A stretch of DNA of 64,000 nt, taken from Cyanophora paradoxa CCMP329 (taxonomy: Eukaryota; Plantae; Glaucophyta). The notes below the pieces were generated by a model. The model saw nothing but the letters and a program-made list of their open reading frames with translations, searched no databases and was not told the origin of the DNA. Shown one piece after another: positions 11,618 to 22,552 of the stretch. A program made the position numbers and the translations under genes. The stretch's first letter is position 1. The number at the start of each line of letters is the position of its first letter. The stretch lies in contig QPMI01000436.1 of NCBI GenBank assembly GCA_004431415.1, positions 124,001 to 188,000 on the forward strand, read 5' to 3'.

Positions 11618-13321
11618 ATGGACTGCGGCGCATGCGGCCCAGCCCGCCGCGGTGACCGCTTCGTGTGCGTACATTGCGTGCGCGGCAGGTACGCGCCATT
11701 TCCCGGCCGACGTGGGGCACGCCGCGTCAACGAGAGGCACCGTCACACGCGGGTCATCTGATCTGCCCCCGCAGCATCGCAGCACGGCGGCGCGAGCTCG
11801 TCGAACGCTTGAGAGAGAAGGCTGCCGTGCAGTTGCAGCTGGAAGCAGCGCTGCGGCGGCAGGAGCGACTGGTGGAACAGGAGGGCGAGCGCAAGCGGAC
11901 ACCCGACCACATCTGCGCACTCACGCAACTCGTCGAGCAGACCATCGAAGTGCTGTCTTCTGGTAGGTACCATGCGCCGCCTTTGCGGGGCAGATCCGCT
12001 CAAGGGCCCGCAGAGCGGCAGCGCAGCAGTGAGCGGAAGAAGAAGCTGCAAGAACGGCGGGAGGAGCTCCTGAGGGGGCACGAGCAGCTAAGGCTGCAGC
12101 TGCGGGCGGCCCGCGAGCGCTACGAGCCCGACATCAAATCCTCGCGCTACGCCTTCGACTTCCAGGTGATCCCTCGCCCCGGCAAAGGCTCCAGCCGATC
12201 CGGGGCGCCCGAGGCCGCGGCGGCCGACGGCAGCGGCGGCGGGGCGCAGAGGGACAGGGCGCGCGAGTGCTGCAGGGCGCTGCTGGCGTCTCTCTTCGAG
12301 GTCGCGGACGTGCACAAGCTGACGCTGCGGTGCTCGAACGGGCGGGAGATTCCCGGCATCCGCCTGCTTGGCGAGGCCGACCTCGTGCTCCCCGACACGA
12401 GCGACGTCCGCGAATACGCCGGTGCCCCTTGAGCTCGCCCCCGCCCTTCTCCGGGGCCGGGCGCGGCGTAACCTCCTCTTTCTCCGCGCGCTCAGACCTG
12501 GAGATCGCGCTGCCGCGCGTCTCGGCCGCGTACGCGAAGATAGCACACGTGGTCGAGGTGCGCTCCAATCCCTCCGCATTCAAAATTTCGAATTCAAATT
12601 TGAATCTATCTGCGGGCAGGTGGCGGCGCGGTACCTGGGCCAGTGCCTCCCGTACCCCGTCACGCCGCGCTCCTCGCTCTCCGTGATCACGGCGGAGGCG
12701 CCGGGCCCCTCGAGCTCCCGGCGCGAGTTCTCGCTGGCGCTGTGCGACCTGCAGGAGCGGAGCATGCGGCTCTTCGGAGAGGCGCACGAGCTGCTCTCGG
12801 CCGACCTGCTCTTCCTCCTCGTCCTCGCCCGCCGGCAGCAGCTGCCCCACCACGCCCCGGGGCGCGCCTCGGGGCCCGGGCCGCCCCCTGAGCCCCCGGA
12901 CGCGCCCCGATCCCTCGTTTCCCGCCTGCTGGACCTCCAGCGATCCTTCGCCGTACCCCACCAGCTCCTCTCCCCCGCCCCGGCCCCCTTCTCCATCTCC
13001 CCGGCCCTCCCCGCCTCCCCCTCGGTTCTGGCCTCTGCCTCCGCCCCCGTGCGACCGCCGCTGGCGCGGACGCACACGTGGACCAAGATCAGCGTGAAGG
13101 ACGCCGGTACCCGGGCCCGGTCCCTCTCCACCTCCAGCTCCGTACCCCCGGGCGACGAGCTGAGCCCGCCCCCCGCGGACGCCCCCGGCGCCGGCGCCGC
13201 GCCGGGTGACACCGCCAGTCCGCCCCCGCTTCCGCCCTCGCCCGCCCCCTCCGGCTCGCCCGCTGCCGCTGCCCCGCCGCCCCCCGGCGCCCTGCACCCG
13301 AGCCCGCGGGCCCCGCCGTAG
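11618..13321 (+). CDS. ATG14: ATG14/VPS38(UVRAG)-family class III PI3K complex subunit
   Basis: N-terminal CxxC...CxxC (MDCGACG...FVCVHCV), a long coiled coil, then LVLPDTSD...VSAAYAKIAHVVE|VAARYLGQCLPYPVTPRSSLSVI...FGEAHELLSADL, which matches the Atg14/Vps38 domain pattern. ATG14 is preferred over UVRAG because of the Cys pairs. Confidence 0.65.
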
Positions 13322-13969
13322 CTGTCATGATCATTTAGAGCTTGGACAAATCTGCAGTCACTGAGTGCAACTGGCAAGCCCCTATGTTGACTTCCAATCT
13401 GGCCTCGGGGCAGGCTCGCTTCCATCTGCAGGTGGACCGGCCGGCGGGCTGCCTCAGGGCCTAGCACATGCATGATCAACCCGTACTGATGATTAGATGA
13501 TCATGGGTCAGGAGGGGCCCTCGGAGCATTGGTGAATAGGATCAACTATGATCGATTGACAAACCCATGAACTACTTTACCTACAATACCAAGCTAAAAA
13601 AAGAGATTGTGAATTGGAAGTCGAATGTCAAAACGCTGCACTGTTAGCACACTCACTACCCTCATGCGAAATGAGCAAGTATGTATACGAGTATCCGATC
13701 GAGGGCCTAACAAGCTAAGAGCAATCAAGCGACTGCACACTGTGTCATATGAAGATGAAGCCGATCTGCAAACCCTACCAAATGAGCAGCTATTGTACAG
13801 AGCTCTGGGCCCAGCTAGTGGCGACAGAGAGGGAAAGCCAGAGCAAAGATAGCGGCGAAGCCCTCACAAAACTCCCCAAGGGGAACGTACGCCAAAAGTC
13901 CGTGAGCACACGGCGAAAATTACAGGTAAGCCAGCACTATATGGCTTGGAAAGAAAGTTTGGACGCTCC

Positions 13970-14565
13970 TCAGATGTGGACAGCGTCCTTCACAACCGGG
14001 ACCACCGCCATTCCCTTGTGCATCGAGTAGTGGTGGTGGCACGTGCAGTTCCGGAATGCGGTACTGTTCTTGTTATTTTCCTCATGATCTTCGTGTACGT
14101 GCCAGACACGCTTCTCGACGCCCCTGCGACGGCAAGTGGTCGATCAGCCGCCCGCGCGGTTGGAACGATCGTATGGCCGCGATGGCACTTTCGCCGGCTC
14201 CGCCGCGGCAGACGCAGCTAAACGAACCTTACATTCGCCCACGTGAGGTTGGCGTAGTGCTGAACTGCTCGGCGGCGCGAAAAGCTCGGGTCAGCAAGGT
14301 TGCAGACAGGGCGTGCGGTCACCCATAATGGCCGCTGTCACCCGCTCCGGGGCTCCCAACAGCGCCTATGATCTCTATCTGCTATTCCCCGACGCGGCGC
14401 ACCGGCATTCACGGGGTCCCACACGAAGCCAGTGCAATGGCAGCCTGGAGCTCGGCACCGCGTTGGGGGCGCAGCCCGGTTGAGCAAGCTGCGGGCTGAT
14501 GTGTTGTTCTGGACAGGCTGGTGGCCGACATCCGATCGGGCCGGCGCGGCGGCCTCGAAACGCAT
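13970..14565 (-). CDS. Small Cys/His-rich putative zinc-binding protein (~117 aa, 3 exons)
   Basis: Phase-consistent splice model: MRFEAAAP...RCRAPGCHCTGFVWDPVNA|VQHYANLTWANVR|GVEKRVWHVHEDHEENNKNSTAFRNCTCHHHYSMHKGMAVVPVVKDAVHI*. Confidence 0.5.
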
Positions 14566-14642
14566 GGTGTTATCAGGATTTCTCGCTTACTCCTAGTCTG
14601 GGTGTACCCGGCTGGGCCCACCACTCGTACCCCCACGCAAAG

Positions 14643-16838
14643 ATGGCGGAAGGCGGCGGCTTCTTCCGCGGCACGGCGCAGGACCAAGACAACCGCTTCA
14701 GCGACAAGGCGTGCCCCACCTCCCGAGCGCGCCCCGCCCCTTGCCCGACCGCACCCTGACAGACGCGGTTCGCGCGTCGCAGATGAAGAAGCTCGTCGCA
14801 AGCACAAAGTTTCCGGAGAACTTCAGCACGAAGGTGCGCCGCGACGTGCTCGCGGGCGCGGCCCGCGGGAGCGATGGGGCTGCGGGAAGAGCGCTCCGTC
14901 CGATCGCTTGCTAGCATTCTAAGCTACGTTTTCCACCACGGGCTGCCGCCCGCTCGGGTCCCGCTACTTTTCAGCTTGGTCTGATGGTCTCCCCGCCCCG
15001 CAGGTCAACATGAAGAAGGTCCGGCGTGGAATGCGGATGCAGGACGCGCTCGTACACTGCTCACGATCCATCGCGCCCGGCAGGTGAAGCTCGATGTCAT
15101 CAAGCCTTGGATCGTGAGGAAGGTCACGGAAATGCTCCAGTTCGAAGACGAGGTCGTGATCAACTTCGTCTTCGCCCAGCTCGAGAACAACCAGGTGGGT
15201 CCGCGCCCGCGAGCGTCCCCTCGGCTCGCCCTGAAAGCCGCCCCGCAGTTCCCGGACCCGAAGGTCATGCAGATCAACATCACGGGCTTCCTCGAGAAGA
15301 ACACGCCGGCGTTCATGAAGGAGCTCTGGACACTGCTCGTCAGCGCTCAGAAGTCCGACTCGGGCATCCCCGTCGAGTTCCTCGAGGAGATGAAGCAGCA
15401 GATCAAGCAGAAGCAGGCACGCCTTTCTTTCCGCTCGCAGCGAGCCCGCAATCGCGCTGACCCGCCACCCGCAGGCCGAGCAGGAACGCGTGCAGGCGGA
15501 GCTCGCAAAGCGGAAGGAAGAAACAGAGGCGCGGCTCGCCGAGAAGAGGGCAGCCGGGCCGCCGCCCGCCGCCGTGAAGCAGGAGGTGCGTTGGAAAACG
15601 GATAGGCGTTCTTTCTAGACCCCTTCGGTAGCTTCGGGATGACCTGTCCTTGTACTCCGCCATGCGCCCGCCGCCGCGGCACTGGAACTCACTTGCTCCC
15701 GTCACGCCCACTAGCTTGACAGTCGGATCCGCTCGAATTGCAGCACCCGTCGATCAGGTCGGATGAGGGCCGGACGTACCCCCGTTTCCGTTCCTCGCCG
15801 CCGTCCGGCGGCCCCCCTCCCTCCCCGACCCACACTCATTCCGTCCCGTGGCTTGGCCAGGTTGCGGCTCCGCCCCGCGTGCCCTCTCAAACCCTCCTCG
15901 CCGCCGCCGCCGCCCCCTCCCGCCCGCCCGCCAGCCGCTTCCCCTCCAGCGCCCTTAGCGGCCTTCCGAGGATCCTTTTCTCCGCCCCGCCCCACGCCCG
16001 CCTCTCACCGCCTCCCCCTCGCTAGGACCCCCGCGACTCGGGCGGTCGCGACGCGTGAGCGATCCCTCCCGCCCCCGCCCGGCGCGCCGCCCGCCCGCGC
16101 CGAGCAGCGCGCTTCAGGCGTGGCGGAGACCGGGACCGCGATCGGGACCGGGGGCTGGACCGTGACCGGGACAGGAGACGCGACGACAGGGACGACGACC
16201 GGCGGTGCGCGCCCTCCCGGATCCGATCCGATCCGATCCGATCCGATCCGATCTGACCTGATCTGAGCAGGAGGCGACGCAGCCGCTCCCGGAGCCGCGA
16301 TCGGGATCGGCGCCGCTCCCCGCCCCGCCGCGACGACCGCGATCGGGATCGCGACGGGTCCGCCATGCCGCGCCCCGCGCCTCCCGCTCGTTCGCTCTCG
16401 CCCCGGCCCACTTCGCCCCGGGCAGCCGCCGGAGCCCGCCCAAGCCGCGGGACCGCTCCCGCGACGACCGAGGCTCGCGCGACGGTGCCCGGCCCGCTCT
16501 GCCCCGAACCCTCGGAGGGCCTCCGCTCACTCTCGCGCGCCGCGGCGCGCCACGCAGGCGGGCGGGACCGGCGGCGCGGGCGCAGCTCGTCGAGCGAGAG
16601 CGACCGGGACCGCAAGAAGAAGGGCCGGCGGGCCTCGCGCTCGGCGTCGCGGAGCCGCTCGCGCAGCGGGAGCCCCCGCAAGAAGGACGAGGAGAAGAAG
16701 AAGAAGGAAGCGACTTCGAAGCGGCGCGGGTCGGACAGCTCGAGCTCGGCCGGCGGCTCGCCCCCGCCCCCCGGGGCCGGCCAGGACCGGGAGGAGGCCC
16801 TCAGGAAGAAGGCACTCTCCGCCGCCCGCAAGGAGTAG
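14643..16838 (+). CDS. SRRM1: Serine/arginine repetitive matrix protein 1 (SRm160): PWI domain plus RS-rich tail
   Basis: MAEGGGFFRGTAQDQDNRFSDK|MKKL..KFPENFSTK|VNMKK|VKLDVIKPWIVRKVTEMLQFEDEVVINFVF..|FPDPKVMQINITGFLEKNTPAFMKELWTLLVSAQ..GIP; RS/RD-rich C-terminus ending LRKKALSAARKE*. Confidence 0.95.
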
Positions 16839-17420
16839 GGGCCCCGGGCCCGGGCGCCCGGCCCGGGCCGAGCCGCGAGGCCGCGGCCGCGCGCGCCCCC
16901 GGCTACCCCCGCGCCTCGCTCGGTTTCGGGCGTGATTCGAGAATCGAGACGGAGTGAAAAGCAGCCGTGGCCATGCGCTGGCGCCGGCGGGGGCGGGGCG
17001 GGGCTCAGAGCCGGGGAGGACGGGTCGGGCCGAGGAATTTCGGGGGAGGCCGGTTCTCTAAAATCTGTGCCTTCGATCGGTGTTTCGAATTCAGTGCTTG
17101 AAGCTTAAGATTATGAAAACAAAGCGGTACAGATCTAGAGCTAGCCTGACCTAGCTATAGGCCTCGGTCAGCCTGCAGGTGGGGCTCTGATCATGAATCA
17201 TTGAATATAAATATATATGCATATACATGTACATGTGCACGTGCACGTCACTTGAACTTCGGAGTTAATACTCGTGTTTGAATTCGTAACACCGAACAGC
17301 CAGGGGTACATGCAGAGTACCAGTCGAGCCTGAGAGGTTGCAAGCTTGCGAAGCTCCTCGCAAGCTTCACATCAGCAGCTTCGCGGAGAATCCAGCTTTG
17401 CGCATCGACAACGATCAACC

Positions 17421-17948
17421 ATGCCGCCGCCGCCCAAAAGAGCCTCCAACATGAGCGCGCGCGCAGAAGGTGAGGCATGCATGTGATCGGATAATGATCA
17501 CGTGCACGCCGGCGCCGTGACGATCAAGCTTCAAGCCGAGACGTCGACGGTGAACTGACGCGTGCCACGGTGCGCGGCAGGTGGCGGAATTCCGTGAGAC
17601 CGTGAGGCAGACGACGCAGGACCGCGCGGCCATGAGACCGCGGCATGCGCAGCAGGACGATGAGACCCAGGAGCTGACGGAGCAGGACCGCGCGGACGCC
17701 GCCCTCGTCGCCGCCTTCGACGGCGCGGAGGCCGCCCCGGCACTCCCCGACGGGCTCTTCGCGGCGGGCGGCGAGGCGGAGCTGCTCGAGGCCGACGCCG
17801 ACGAGCTCCTCCTCCAGGCCGAGGTGCGCCCTCGCGACCGTCGGACCGGCCTTCAGCTTCCCCGGACGCGCGATATGATATCCCGATCCTTACCCGTCAC
17901 GAACATTACCCCGCGCAGGCCCTCTACGCTTCCGACAAGGAGCTGTAG
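17421..17948 (+). CDS. Small acidic protein, copy 1 (possible frameshift in exon 1)
   Basis: ...QDDETQELTEQDRADAALVAAFDG...LPDGLF...ELLEADADELLLQAE|ALYASDKEL*; paralog at 18911-19326. Confidence 0.5.
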
Positions 17949-18910
17949 GCCGCGGGAACGCGCGCGGCCGCGACCGGACTGGTACTAGTACTCGCGAGAA
18001 GTGGATCACGATCATTCATGACCTCGAGCTCCTCCTTCATCGTCTCGCCGTCGGCGCCTTACGTCTCTCGCGAGCCGCCTCGCGTCTCGTCTCTCCTGCT
18101 TGTCTCCTTTCGAATTCTCTGGAATTCATTGCAGACTCTGAGATCGCGCGATCGGCCGCCTCATCCGCCGAGGGGCCCCGGCTGCCCTGGTACCTGGTAC
18201 TACGGTACCTGAGCCTGATCTGAGCGGACCTGGTACTGGGGGTGGCGGCGGAGGGCCTGCCAGCCCTTGCGGACGACCCAGCGCCCCGCCGCCAGCTGCC
18301 GCCTCAGCGTCGCCGCCTGCGCATGCGCCTTCATTGTCGTAAGGCGGATCCGGAGGAGGGGGCCGGGGGCGGGGATATCGATTCAATGATTCTGAGCAAA
18401 AACGTTAACGGCGCGCTCATGATCAACAGCCTCTTCGAATTCGCGGCGCCGGCGGCCGCGGGCCCCGGGCGGCGAGCTCGAGGCGGACCCGGGAGCTAGG
18501 CCGACGCCGGCGCTGACGTCGACGATCGCGAACTCCTGGCCTGCTCCAGGCCGACTCGAGTTCGCGCGCGCGGGAGAAGCTTGATTATAGGCTTAAGGCC
18601 TAGCTATATAGGGCTGGCGGGAGCCTGGCGCCGCTGCAGAAGTTCTCGGCGCTATGCCATGTGCATCAAGGGATTCATTGTACCGATATGCAAGCTAGCT
18701 GATCATCCTGGCATGCATATGATCATATGCATGATCATGAACGGAACAAAAAAATAAAAAATAATTGAACACCGAACAGTCGACGTCGAATCGTCCGACG
18801 TCGATCAGGGCCCTCAGCCGGGGGCCGGCCGCCGGACCGGGTACAAGGGCTCTGGAAAAAGCAGCTCGTCGCATCGATTCGGCATCTCGAGCTCGCGTTA
18901 TCGATCAACC

Positions 18911-19326
18911 ATGCCCAAGGGTCCCAACAAGCAATTTGCTCCGAAAAGGCGCCAGCAGGTGATACGTATCGATCATATGCATGATGCGATGACCAAATTA
19001 AACTTTAACCCGAAACGGTTAACTGACGCCCGGCGCAGGACGATGAGACCCAGAAGATGACGGAGCAGGACCTCGCGGACGCCGCCTCCGTCGCCGCCTT
19101 CGACGGCTCGGAGCCTGACTCGGAGGCCGCGGCCGGCCTGCCCGACGGGCTCTTCGAGGCGGCCGCGGGCGGCGAGGCGGAGCTGCTCGAGGCCGACGCC
19201 GACGAGCTCCTCCTCCAGGCCGAGGTGCGCCCTCGCGACCGGCCTAGGCCTTCCCTGCACGCACGCGCGCGCGATTCGATCCCCCGCGGGCGCGCAGGCT
19301 CTTGACGCCTCCGACAAGGAGCTGTA
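18911..19326 (+). CDS. Small acidic protein, copy 2 (3 exons)
   Basis: MPKGPNKQFAPKRRQQ|DDETQKMTEQDLADAASVAAFDG...LPDGLF...ELLEADADELLLQAE|ALDASDKEL*, with in-phase GT-AG introns; the exons are conserved with copy 1. Confidence 0.6.
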
Positions 19327-19849
19327 GGCCGCGGGGACTATACGTATACGAACTTAGCGGATCGCGTTCACAATATAATTATATAAATCGCTCATGAACA
19401 TGGCCCGCCGCCCGGCGCCCGGCGCCTTGACTTGCACGCGCGCGCCGCGCGCCTGTCGCCGAGTCGAGCTCATCAGAGTCTCGCGAGCCGCCCTGCCTCT
19501 TGCTCGCCTCTCCCGCTTGTCTCCTTTCTCTCTGGAATACATTGGAGATCGGCCGCCTCATCGATCGGGGGGGGGGGGGGGGGGCGCGGGCCCCGCCCTG
19601 CCCCTGCCTACCCCCGGCCCCTGCCTACCCCCGGCCCCGCGCCTCACTCGGTGTCGGGCGTGATTCGAGATTCCAGACGGAGCGAGGCCCGGGCGGGCGG
19701 GGGGGGGGTCCCGACTGTGGCCGGCTGGCTGGCTAGCGCCGGGGGCCGGTGGGGGCGGGGCGGCGCCTTCAGCTTCGATCGCATTGTAGCCACCTCAATC
19801 GCTCGAGGAATCGCATACATATGCATTGCAACTGCTGCCCACGGCCCAC

Positions 19850-22415
19850 TCACTGCGGCGGGAGCCAGTGGCCGGTGGTCGCGGGGATGCGGGTGCTGTC
19901 CAGGCGGCGCGAGGCGAGGCGCTCCTCGGCGCCCATCAGCAGCGGCGCCGCTCCGCCCTCCCCCGCCGCCAGGTACACTATCTGAGCGATCTGAGCTGGC
20001 GCTGGCCGGGCGCTGGGCCCGAGCGGGAGGCGGCCCGAGCTCGCCTGGTACTGGCGGTGGCGGCGGAGGGCCTGCCAGCCCTTGCGGACGACCCAGCGCC
20101 CCGCCGCCAGCTGCCGCCTCAGCGTCGCCGCCTGCGCCCTGTAAGAAGGCGGAGGGGAAGGGGCGGGCCCGGGGGGGAAAGGCGGGGGTTCTAATCTAAG
20201 CAAGAAGGATTGGATGGGGACCGGTACCCCCGCGCGCCTTGAAGCCCGGGTCGACGAGGACGAGGGCGATCTCGCCCCCCATCCGCTCCGCCCCCGCCAC
20301 CGTCCGGGAGTGGCCCTGTACCCCCGCGGGTCTCAGCGGGGGAGAAAAGGGCGGGGGGGAGGGGGGGATACGCGCGTCGTGCTGAAAGTAGAGCGGGGGT
20401 ACGGAGGCGAGCGAGACGCAGGCGGCCCCCGCGCTGCGGGGGGCGTCGGCGGCCCCGCACGCGGAGGGGGTACGGGGCGAGAGGCCCGGGGGCGACCTGA
20501 GGGCGGCGGGGCGCTGGCCCTCGTCCCGCCGTGCGCCCGCCTGGAAGTAGTCCCTGCGCCGATTCGAACCGGAGGCGAAGGCGATCGCGAGGACCGACGG
20601 TTGGAGGCGCGGGCGCGGGCGCACCAGACCCATGCGAGGAGGGCGGCGTGGCGGTCCGGCGGCTGCGACGGCCGCACGAAGTCCACGATCTGGCGGGGGG
20701 GACGGGAGGGGGGGTGGGGGTGAGGGGGAGAAGTTAGGGCTCAGAGAGAGCGGGTGGAGAGGGGCCGCCGCGACCCCTCCCCGACCCAGATCTTCAGATT
20801 GAATCTGAATCTGAATCTCTTGTGGCCCTTAAGCTTGAGGGCGGCAAACTTGAGGGACTACCCCTCCCAAGTTCTCTCTCGAGTTCTCATGATCAGTCCT
20901 CCCTGATCCATGCCCCTCCCAGGCGCCGGCCGCCCCCCGCCCTAGCCTCTGGGCGCCCCCGGCCCTCCTCTGGCCCTCCGAGGTACCACCGTTGCGTGTA
21001 CCCCCGGCCGGCCCCCCCCCGCCCTCCCCCCCCCCGCCGCCCCGGAGGGGTACGGGTACCTTGGCGCGGAAGCCAAAGAAGCGAAGGAGGGCGGCCACCT
21101 CGGTCGCCCCGATCCACTTGCGCGTCTCGGCGAGCCGGTGGTTCAGCTGCCCCGCGCCCTCTGAAGGAGAAGAGGAAGGTGAGGAGGGGGGGGGGGGAGG
21201 AGGGGAGGGAAGGGGGGGTACGCGCCCACGTCGAACCCGGCGCGCCAGGCGGCCTCGATGTACCCCTGCAGGCGCGGCAGGCTCGGGATCTCCCCGCTCC
21301 CTGCGCGACCGGGCTTCAGAGGGAGGGGGGTACAGGCGGGGCAGGGAGGGATGTACCGTCGAAGAGATGGGGCCGGTACTCGGGGAGGCGGACGAGCCAC
21401 GAGCAGAGGATCTGCAGGTTCCTGGGGGGGCCGGGCGTGCGGTCAGACTGCTCAGAGGACCGTTCAGGGCAACGGAGGAACGAGCGGGCGAGCGAACCGG
21501 TACCCGCAGCCCCAGCCGGCGTCACCGGGGCCCCAGGTGAAGAGGTCGCAGGGCCCGGCGAGGAGGCAGCGGGCGGCTGGGTTGGCGGCGAGGCGGAGGT
21601 AGGCGCCCCGCAGGAGCGACGTCACGTCCGCGAGGCGCGTCTCGACGTCGGGCCCGTCGATCGCGGCCTCCACAGCCGCATCGACGGCAGAGGCGGAGGC
21701 GGAGGAGGAGGAGGCAGAAGAGGATGACGAGGTGGAGTAGGGCGCAGGCGGCGGAGGCTGCCCGGCCTCGTCGCCGCGGGCGCGCTTCCACCCCTTCTGC
21801 CGCCTTTCGATGTGCTCTCGGTACTGCTCCCTGTACGAGCCGCGCTCGTCGGCCCCGTAGCGCGCCTGCAGCGCCGCGAACTCCGCCGCCTCCCGCTCGT
21901 CCTGCACGGCCCGGCTCGGCTCGGTGGCGGGCGGAGCGCGCGGCAGCGGAACGGAGGAGGGAAAGAAAGAGCGCGGCGCACCCGTTGCTGGCGGCCGTAC
22001 TCCTCTTCCTGGATGTGGCCCGCGACGTGCTCGTCGTAGCTCCTCGCCGGCACCGCCGCGCCGCATCGGTCGCACTTGATGCTCGCAGAAGGTGCTCGTG
22101 GCGACTCTGCGCCGCCCAGGAACTGCGCACGGGGACGGGCCGCTCGTTTGCCCGGCGCCTTTCAAACTGAGCGAGCGGTCGGCGCGCACCTCGTCCTCCT
22201 GCAGGTGCGCGAGGGCGTGGGATTCCTCGTCCTCCGGCGGTACGCTGCAGCCGCACCGCTCGCACCGCGTCTGCCGCCGAGCCTTCGCGGGCGGCGGCGA
22301 GACGATGAAGCAGTCGTCGTCGTCCTCGTCCTCGTTGTCCTGCGTCCTCTTCAGCAGCAACCAGGAGCGCTCCGAGCGCTGCGCGGACCTCGCTCTTCCG
22401 CTTCACCCGCGCCAT
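19850..22415 (-). CDS. ZUP1: ZUP1/ZUFSP-like deubiquitinase (zinc fingers plus peptidase C78)
   Basis: Two CxxC-x11/12-HxxxH fingers, catalytic DAGWGCGYR|NLQ, IEAAWRAGFD, KWIGATEV, PPLYFQHD|GHSRTVAG, and C-terminal QYQ|IVYL. Confidence 0.88.
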
Positions 22416-22552
22416 CCCGTCTACCCCCCACAGAAAAAAACGGAAGGAGCCGCGCGCTGCGCGCTGCCTAGCCTATCACAGCAACCGTGCGGGAGGCATG
22501 AGGAAGTCCAGCAAACGATAGCCTCGCCTTCCGGCTGCTTGCGCCAGCAGCG

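Noticed and set aside
16219-16266. (GATCC)n microsatellite
   Set aside because: Simple intronic repeat; part of the general palindrome bias.
5148-22415. Gankyrin-like, ATG14-like and ZUP1-like genes as a ubiquitin/autophagy cluster linked to the IFI44-like locus
   Set aside because: They are interspersed with unrelated housekeeping genes; such co-location is expected by chance in a compact genome.
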